This document shows, piece by piece, positions 54,691 to 64,000 of a stretch of DNA of 64,000 nt. The first letter of the stretch is position 1. The number at the start of each line of letters is the position of its first letter. The notes below the pieces were generated by a model. It saw nothing but the letters and a program-made list of their open reading frames with translations, was not told the DNA's origin and made no database searches. The position numbers and the translations under genes are program-made. The stretch spans positions 56,048,001-56,112,000 of the forward strand of contig OZ024747.1 of the NCBI GenBank assembly GCA_964016885.1, given 5' to 3'. This DNA comes from Eledone cirrhosa. Lineage: Eukaryota.

Positions 54691-55495
54691 CCTCCTTGCT
54701 TCGTTTTCCCAATAACTTATCCAGTTATTGAAGCCCTGGGGTGAAGTGGTATCTTGTCTTTAAAGCATAGAAATATCCGAGACCCCCAGTAGAAAACTGA
54801 TGAGGACCCCTCCCCCCCCCCCCCCCGCGTTCTTTCTATCTTCATATTCCCACAGCATTTTAAGTTACCTTAAATAGCACCTACACAGCCATTTCTATTC
54901 TCCATATATTTCATCATGTTTTTCGCTGTGACTGTTCTTCTCTCCCCATCTACCTTCCTATTTCTCCTCTTTATACTCTCACCACTCTTTCTCCCTATCT
55001 ACTCTTAACCCACTTTCTTCCCCTCCCTTTCTCCCTCTCACTTTCACCCCCTTGTCTGACCGTTTAGCTTACCGTCTGACCGTCTCACTTACAACTGCGG
55101 CGATTGGACGTGTGACTTGTTCCTCTCGACCACTCAGTCTTGAACTTAAGTTCTCTTATCGAGTGGTCTTGGATTTCCTAACTATAGTTGCTCGCACATT
55201 GCTCGGTTTGTTGTTGTTTTTTTCGCTGTTTTGTTACTCTTTTCTCTTTTCTTCCCCTTTGCGTTCCTTCCCTCCTTCCTTCATTTTCCCAATAACTTAT
55301 CCAGTTATTGACGCTCTAGGGTGAGGTAACTTGTCTTTAAAGCGTAGAAATATCTGACACCCCCAGTAGACAACTGATGAGGAAACACCCCCATCTCATT
55401 CTTGCTTTCTTCGTATTCCCACTGTATTTTAAATTATAAGTGCCATGGACTGAGTGCTCTACTACTTTGGATATAACCTCCCAGTGTTCCACCAC
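54688..55495 (+). mobile_element. Partial-tandem ORF-less element (580-bp period) in (TA)n
   Basis: A diverged direct repeat of about 170-180 bp starts at 54688 and at 55268. The interior is pyrimidine-rich. Confidence 0.65.
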
Positions 55496-55528
<33 letters not shown>

Positions 55529-56109
55529 GTTTTGAAGTCCATTTTGCTTATTATTAATGAAAACGCCATTATGATGTGTTTGTATGCAGTGTGTGAATGT
55601 TTTTGTGTATATGTGTTTTTTGTGTGTGAGCACAGGTGCGAATATATGTGAGTGTATATTTAACTCAGATTGTTCACACACACATACCCTCACACACACA
55701 TGCATAATGCCATTATGAGCATGCACATGTGTATACCACTATAGAAAATGAGGTATGCATGGATATATGATATTTGGTCATCTAAGTATTCTCTGTATTT
55801 TTCTCATTTTATTAGCTGAAGCTTTGAACAATTGTCACATCAGACACATGTTCATAAAACAGATATCCAGTAGGATAATCCATGGTTCAATGCAGCTTAG
55901 ATACACATGATGAAGCACAGCAGTTGATAACCTCTGTCAGCTCAACATATCACATATATATGAGCAGCATAAGCCATATATGGGCAAATAGATGCATGTG
56001 ATTTCCTCTAGAATCTCATATTTTCCTGTTATGAATCACTCTGCAAAGAATGTCAGTGGTCATTATATATACTATATATGTATGTGTGTGTATATATATA
56101 TATATGTAT

Positions 56110-56146
<37 letters not shown>

Positions 56147-56292
56147 TGTGTGTACATATATGTAAGTACAAGGTATGGTCAATAAGTAATGAAAACATTT
56201 CAGGTCAGACAGTATTTCATATCATAACTTTACAAAACTTTGTCTCCTTCAAAAATATTACGTCATGCATCTACACACTTGGACAGAACTTG

Positions 56293-57580
56293 CTCACCTA
56301 CACAGACCTCTCACATCTACACACCTTCACAGACCTGTCTCACCTACACACCTTCACAGACCTCTCACATCTACACACCTTCACAGACCTGTCTCACCTA
56401 CACACCTACACAGAGCTCTCACATCTACACACCTTCACAGACCTGTCTCACCTACACACCTTCACAGACATCTCACATCTACACACCTTCACAGAGCTCT
56501 CACATCTACACACCTTCACAGAGCTCTCACATCTACACACCTTCACAGACCTCTCACATCTACACACCTTCACAGCCCTCTCCCACCTACACACCTTCAC
56601 AGACCTCTCTCACATCTACCACCTTTAAAGCACTCTCACATCTACACACCTACACAGCACTCTTACATCTGCACACCATCACAGAACTCTCACATCTACA
56701 CACCTTCACAGACCTCTCACATCTACACACTTTCACAGAGCTCTCATATCTACCACCTTCACAGACCTCTCTCACCTTCACAGCTCTCTCACATCTACCA
56801 CCTTCACAGACCTCTCATATCTACCACCTTCACAGACCTGTCTCACCTACACACCTTCACAGAGCTCTCACATCTACACACCTTCACAGAGCTCTCACAT
56901 CTACACACCTTCACAGAGCTCTCATATCTACCACCTTCACAGACCTCTCTCAACTACACACCTTCACAGACCTCTCACATCTACACTCCTTCACAGCCCT
57001 CTCCCACCTACACACCTTCACAGACCTCTCTCACATCTACCACCTTTAAAGCACTCTCACATTTACACACCTACACAGCACTCTTACATCTGCACACCAT
57101 CACAGAACTCTCACATCTACCACCTTCACAGAGCTCTCATATCTACCCATCTTCACAGAGCTCTCACATCTACACACATTCACAGAGCTCTCATATCTAC
57201 ACACCTTCACAGAGCTCTCACATCTACATACCTTCACAGAACTCTCATATCTACACACCTTCACAGAGCTCTCACATCTACACACCTTCACAGAACTCTC
57301 ACATCACACCTTCACAGACCTCTCTCATCTACACACCTTCACAGAGCTCTCACATCTACACACCTTCACAGATCTCTCACATCTACACACCTTCACAGAC
57401 CTCTCACATCTACACACCTTCACAGATCTCTCACATCTACACACCTTCACAGACCTCTCACATCTACACACCTTCACAGAACTCTCTCATCTACACACCT
57501 TCACAGACCTCTCACATCTACACACCTTCACAGAACTCTCTCATCTACACACCTTCACAGACCTCTCTCATATCTACACT
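56293..57580. repeat. 27-bp minisatellite, about 47 copies
   Basis: Unit CACAGACCTCTCACATCTACACACCTT. A variant block at 56571 recurs at 56992. Confidence 0.97.
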
Positions 57581-57581
57581 C

Positions 57582-57985
57582 AAGGACACTTCTCTTCCGC
57601 ACACCTGAAAGACTTCCTCCCAGTCTTCTTCTACAATCCTCTCAGGAAATTCCCCCAATTCCACCTTCAGCTCCTGTGTTGACTGCAATCCGATACTTCT
57701 GGGTCTTTCATATGTAGGAACAGGCTGAAATTACAAGGAGCCAGGTCAGTTCTGTAGGATAGGTGTTACACTACTGTCATTCCTCTTTTGGTCATCCAGA
57801 TGGCCACCAGCATTGATTTCTGGCATGGTGCATTGTTATGGAGGAACCACTACTCTTCACTGCTGTGGCCTCCTCTTTCTCATCCTCTTCCTGAACCTTC
57901 TCGGAATTTCATGGTAATAACCCTTCTTGAGGCCTAACCCTAACTCTCAGGCCCTCATTCAATGTAAATCATCCCCTGGGAGTTA
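57582..57985 (-). pseudogene. Decayed mariner transposase 3' fragment
   Basis: The minus strand reads WFLHNNAPC and HLSYRTDLAPCNFSLFLHMK, equivalents of HHDNA and YSPDLAP. Confidence 0.75.
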
Positions 57986-58015
57986 CAAATTTATATATAT
58001 ATATATATATATATA

Positions 58016-58307
58016 CAAGCAAATTATAAACGTAAACATGTAAGTATGTTTTTGAAATGGTGCGCGAGTTTGAAATTAGAAATTAGAAATAAGCTTTCAC
58101 CGTATTTTAGACTAAAGAAATTTCTAGCCTGATAGTGGGGTTTATAACCCTCGGAGAAATGGAAAAAGATGAGTGTTGCCGTACATGGAGCAACACTCAT
58201 TTTGTACGGCATCATGTACGGCAACACTCATCTTTTTCCATTTCTCCGAGGGTTATAAACCCCACTATCAGGCTACAAATTTCTTTAGTCTAAAATACGG
58301 TGAAAGC
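58016..58307. mobile_element. Fold-back element, family C, in (TA)n
   Basis: 95-bp inverted arms at 58093-58187 and 58213-58307 (1 mismatch seen), with a one-sided tail at 58016-58092. Confidence 0.8.
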
Positions 58308-58323
58308 ATATATATTTATATAT

Positions 58324-58681
58324 GTGAGAAGGAATTTGTAGTTTACTTGAAGCATTGAATATGGTATAAAGAATTCGAAGTTTGAAAGCCACAGCAATGT
58401 GAGTTTGGACGGAGAATAATTAAATCATATGAAACAGGGCTTGTTTTTTTTCCTTAATTTATTTATATGTCTTGATATTTCAAGATTAATATCTCTTCTT
58501 CTGGGGTAAATAAAGGAACTTTTCCAGTGTTCGATGTGGCTTGGTAGAATAGATATTAATCTCGAAATATCAGGACATACGAATAAATTAAGGTAAAAAA
58601 AACAAGCCATGTTTCTTACGATTTAATTATTCTCCATCCAAACCTGCATTGTTGTAGCTTTCAAACTTTGAATTCTTTATA
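58324..58681. mobile_element. Fold-back element, family D, with minimal hammerhead relic
   Basis: Diverged arms of about 130 bp at 58365-58494 and 58551-58681, with a tail at 58324-58364. The minus strand at about 58467-58507 reads CCC-CAGAAGA-A GAGAT atta ATCTT-GAAA-TA-TC-AAGAC. Confidence 0.75.
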
Positions 58682-58682
58682 T

Positions 58683-58743
<61 letters not shown>

Positions 58744-58747
<4 letters not shown>

Positions 58748-58966
58748 AACCAGTAAGACCCCGACGGCTGAGCTCAAGCTGTTTCGACGGCTAATTCTGG
58801 ACTAAATGAAAACTTATCCTGGTATTTAAATAGCCGAGCTTCTCAAGGGGTAATTCCATATATGGTCAAAGTGATTGTCAAAAGTCAGTAGTAATTCTGT
58901 GATTGCAAATTAGTAGGGGAGATGGTGGCTAAACCTGCCAGTAGGAGAAAAAGGAGAGGGGGTGGA

Positions 58967-58968
<2 letters not shown>
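58744..58968 (-). mobile_element. Family A element, single tail-less arm
   Basis: Collinear with the 7.5-kb element and starts at the same TAGGAAC boundary. Confidence 0.85.
58758..58851 (-). ncRNA. Type I hammerhead with U3-A8 variant core
   Basis: ACCCC-TTGAGAA-G CT CGGCTA...TAGCCG T C-GAAA-CAGCT tgagctc AGCCG-TC-GGGGT. Confidence 0.75.
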
Positions 58969-59043
<75 letters not shown>

Positions 59044-59089
59044 ATGGGTGTATACTCTTTTACATATTTATACATATGGACTATAACCA

Positions 59090-59320
59090 TGTTGAAGCTT
59101 CAGCATTGTTGCTGCACTTCTGATGGAAATATATGTAGAGGTATCAGAGGAAAGGGAGGACCAAGAGAGACATGGCTGGGAATGGTAGGGATGAACATGA
59201 AAGCCAGGGAGTCAGTGAGAGTTGATGTAGCTAATAGTGCAAACTGGCAAAACCATATGATGGGGCCTGCCTGATTAATCACTACTTTAGCAGGAAAAGG
59301 GGCCATAAAACATTTGTTTT
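59090..59320 (+). pseudogene. Old RTE 3' fragment
   Basis: GIRGKGGPRETWLGMV..M......V..ANSANW resembles the RTE GRPRKTW region. Confidence 0.5.
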
Positions 59321-59429
59321 TGTTCAACCAAAAGTCTTTGATTGTTTCTAATTGGTCAGTGTGACAGATATGTTAAAATAGGAACTGATGGACTATAATA
59401 CATGTGACAGGTAACATGGTAAATCTACT

Positions 59430-61350
59430 TTGATGATGGTGATGATGATGATGTTGGTATCGTTGTTGTTGTTGTTGTTGGTGGTAGTGTGGGTCAGATT
59501 GATGATGGTGGTCTTGTTGCTGTTTGTGGTTGTGGTGGTGGTGTTGGTGTGGTTTGGATTGATTATGGTGATGACGGCAGTATCGTTGGTGGTCTTGGTG
59601 CTGGTTTGTGATGATGATGTTGGTATTGTTGTTGGTGATGGTGGTGGTGGTGGTTTGTGATGATGATGTTGGTATTGTTGTTGGTGATGGTGGTGGTGGT
59701 GGTCTGTGATGATGATGATGATGATGTTAGTATCATTGTTGTTGATGGTGGTGGTGGTGATGGTTTGTCATCATGATGGTAATGATGATAGTGTTAGTGT
59801 TTCATTTGGTGGTGGTGGTGTGGTTTGTGATGATGATGATCGTAGTGTCATTGTTGTTGGTGTTGATGATGATGGTGATGGTGGTGGTGGTGGTGATGGT
59901 GGTGGCAGTGGTTTTTCATCATGATTATAATGATGATTGTGATGTTGGTGATTGTTATGGTAGTGGGGATGATGGTGTTGCTGACAACAATTATGAAGAT
60001 GATGATAAAGCTGGTTGTGTTGATGGTGATGATGTTTGTGGTTGTTATGGTAGCAGAGGTGGTAGGGTTCATTAACGTTGTGGTTATGATGATGGTTTTA
60101 GTACTGGTTACAATGGTGATGATGATGATAATGATGATGATGATAATGGTTGTGACAGTGTGAAGATGAGGATAATGGTGTCAGTACTGGTTATGATGGT
60201 GGTGATGATGACGAAGATGATGATGATGATGATGTTTGTTAGTACTGGTTATGATGGTGGTGATGGTGATGATAATGATAATAGTGTTAGTACAGGTTAT
60301 GATGGTGATGATGATGATATTGATGGTTGTGATATTGAAGGATGATGATGGTGATGGTGGTGATAATGATAATAGTGTTAGTACAGGTTATGATGGTGAT
60401 GATGATGATATTGATGGTTGTGATATTGAAGGATGATGATGGTGATGGTGATGATAATGATAATAGTGTTAGTACAGGTTATGATGGTGATGATGATGAT
60501 ATTGATGGTTGTGATATTGAAGGATGATGGTGGTGATGGTGATGATAATGATAATAGTGTTAGTACAGGTTATGATGGTGATGATGATGATATTGATGGT
60601 TGTGATATTGAAGGATGATGATGGTGATGGTGGTGATAATGATAATAGTGTTAGTACAGGTTATGATGGTGATGATGATGATATTGATGGTTGTGATATT
60701 GAAGGATGATGATGGTGATGGTGATGATAATGATAATAGTGTTAGTACAGGTTATGATGGTGATGATGATGATATTGATGGTTGTGATATTGAAGGATGA
60801 TGGTGGTGATGGTGATGATAATGATAATAGTGTTAGTACAGGTTATGATGGTGATGATGATGATATTGATGGTTGTGATATTGAAGGATGATGGTGGTGA
60901 TGGTGATGATAATGATAATAGTGTTAGTACAGGTTATGATGGTGATGATGATGATATTGATGGTTACAATTTTGAAGGATGATGGTGGTGATGGTGATGA
61001 TAATTATAATAGTGTTAGTACAGGTTATGATGGTGATGATGATGATATTGATGGTTGTGATATTGAAGGATGATGGTGGTGATGGTGATGATAATGATAA
61101 TAGTGTTAGTACAGGTTATGATGGTGATGATGATGATGATATTGATGGTTATGATATTGAAGGATGATGATGGTGTTAGTACAGGTTATGATGGTGGTGA
61201 TGGTGATGATAATGATGATGATGATGGAGGTAGTTGTGATAATGAGTATGGTGATGATGATAACTAGCAAAATTTAGACGAAGGTGACAGCAATTATCAT
61301 GATGATGACAATGATAATGATGATGATGATGACAACTATGTTGATAATGA
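59430..61350. repeat. (GAT/GGT)n field containing a 91-bp tandem repeat (about 10 copies, 60245-61200)
   Basis: AGTACAGGTTATG recurs every 91 bp from 60289. Confidence 0.95.
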
Positions 61351-61613
61351 ACTACCGGTAAATACTGAAATAAACAAAAGAAAAAGAAATAACATTCAAA
61401 AGCGACGTCGTTTTTTATTTACTGTTTTACCAGGATTTACCCATATTTTCTTTTATTTCTTGTTTACTCTTCCTACAACATGATGAATGGGCTTTTATAT
61501 ACATATATATATATATATATATGTGTGTATATATATATGGAGATATATATATATATATATGTATATATAGGTATGTATATATATGTATGTATATATATAT
61601 GTACAAAAATATT

Positions 61614-61652
<39 letters not shown>

Positions 61653-62119
61653 TGTGTATATATATATATATGTATATACATATGTAGATATATATATATA
61701 TATTTGTATATATATAGATATATACATATTATGTACTTTTGTTTATGCCAAGTATTAGAGTATTACATTTACATTAGCAGTGTTTGAGATAAGCTTCAGA
61801 TTATTAGAAATGTATGAATTAGTGGAGAGAAAGTTCCTTTGGCAAAGCGGGAAGGAGAGGAGGAGGTTAAAGAGGGAGGGAGTGTGGGGGGGGGGGGGAG
61901 AAGATCATAGAAAATGTTCTTAATTAGTAGAAGACCTTGATGGTGGAACTGCAACCACTTGTGTTGTTTTAGTGCGCTTCTTTCTACACATATTATTACA
62001 TGTAAGTAACTGTCAAGTATACTATGAGAGTACATTATATATATATATATATATATAAAAATATATTATATATATGTATATATATATATATATAATATAT
62101 GTATATACTTATCTCTATG

Positions 62120-62163
<44 letters not shown>

Positions 62164-62269
62164 TGTAAATAAATAAAAACAATGAAATAAAAACAAAGAA
62201 CAAGTTCCTTATATATATATATATATATGTATGTATATCTGTATGTATATGTGTATATATATATACACA

Positions 62270-62459
<190 letters not shown>

Positions 62460-62988
62460 TTCTGTGTCCCTACTATTTTATTACGTTATGCTATATATTA
62501 ACTGAAATAAGATGAAAAGGGAGGGTATTAGGAGAGGAGAATGAAACAACATTTTGAAAGGAAAACACTAGATGAGTCAACAGATGACAAGAAAAGAAAA
62601 CAAAAGAAAACACAGATGAAAAAAGAAATAATATTCAAACCCAACCCACCTCTTCTGCCTTCCCAGATACATTAATGATTATGATGTGGATGATGGTGAT
62701 GATGATGATCATGGTGGTGATGTTGGTTATAATGATTGTGATGATGGTTGTGATAATAATAACAAAAACAACAAGAATACTAATAATGATAGTAGTAGTA
62801 GTAGTAATGGTAGCAGTAGTAGTAGTGCTGGTGGTGGTGGTTGAAAGAACTGGAAAAGAAGGGAAATTTGTAAAAAGTTTCTAATTAGTTTACCTAGCTT
62901 ATATTTAACTCTGTTGACATTAAAACTTTCTGGGCTGAGAATGATCTAAGACACTGATATATGTATATATATATCTTGAACATTTTCC

Positions 62989-63042
<54 letters not shown>

Positions 63043-63236
63043 CACACATAATTATACATACACACATACACATGTATACATGTGTTTATGAAGTAAGCAA
63101 TATTGCATATTATTCTACTTTTGTTATGAAGAAACATACAACAGACTATATACCTATATACACTTGCAACAAGAGTGTTTATATAACAAAAATAAATGTA
63201 TGCAGTACATGCACACACACACATGCATACACACAC

Positions 63237-63309
<73 letters not shown>

Positions 63310-63349
63310 TACATACATATATATGTACATATATATGTACATATATTCG

Positions 63350-63390
<41 letters not shown>

Positions 63391-63932
63391 ATATATAAAC
63401 ATATACACAGGTATAAAGTAGCTTAATGCATTGAGAAAAGTATCTGACCATGATATTTGCTTGACTGAAGTAAGATTAATGTTTGTTAATTCTGGTTGAT
63501 TAGAAGAGGCAAAGATTGTGTGAGGTTTATTATAGGATTTTTAAGGTTCGGAGTGAGGGGTTGGTTGGTCGGTTGGTTGGGCTGTAATAGGTGTGTGTAT
63601 GTGTGAGACAGAGAGAGTTGGGCATCTATTGTGGGTCCATGTGTTCCAGTATCCATGTGTATGTGTGAGAGAGATGGTGGTGGGGTATGTTGTATGTCTA
63701 TGTGTGTGAGAGATACTTGTGGATCTGGGTGTTTCTGTATGCATGTTTGTGTCTGTGTGAGAGAGAGTTTGATGTCTGTGTATTCCTGCATGCATGTGTG
63801 TGCATGTGTGTGTCTGTATGCGCATGTGTGTGCGTGTGTGTGTGTGTGTGAAAGAGAGAGAATTGGGGATCTACTGTATGTTACTGTATGCATTTGTGTG
63901 GGAGAGAGAGAGAAAATGTTGGGTCTGTTCTA

Positions 63933-64000
63933 GATCAATGTGGTACTGTATTGGTAAATGTGGTACTGTAGAGATCTGTGTGGTACTGTATTGGTCAATG
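63933..64000. repeat. Start of a roughly 21-bp tandem repeat at the window edge
   Basis: TGTGGTACTGTA recurs three times. Confidence 0.7.

Noticed and set aside
56050-57608. Mucin-like repeat protein
   Set aside because: A 27-bp minisatellite open in all three frames, with frame-breaking unit variants.

Overview
This is AT-rich eukaryotic DNA with no recognisable host protein-coding gene. It is saturated with (TA)n, (CA)n and (GAT)n microsatellites. The repeat content (tRNA-headed CORE- and Meta-like SINEs with RTE-type tails, and RTE, RTE-X, CR1 and Dong/R4 LINE relics) suggests intronic or intergenic DNA of an octopus or other coleoid cephalopod; this is an inference. Almost all listed ORFs are translations of microsatellites or satellites. 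Ordinary repeats include a near full-length Hsmar2-like mariner, a probable Sola2 relic, piggyBac- and hAT-type MITEs, and four tandem arrays (32, 59, 27 and 91 bp units). The main result is a dense set of short, ORF-less elements inserted into (TA)n tracts. They carry hammerhead ribozyme (HHR) folds and occur either as fold-back inverted duplications with a one-sided tail or as partial tandem duplications, which is Penelope-like or retrozyme-like architecture. At least five unrelated sequence families are present. One has a large type I hammerhead with a non-canonical UUGAGAA (U3-A8) core, and another shows compensatory stem changes between copies. All structures were read by eye and no database search or folding program was run.
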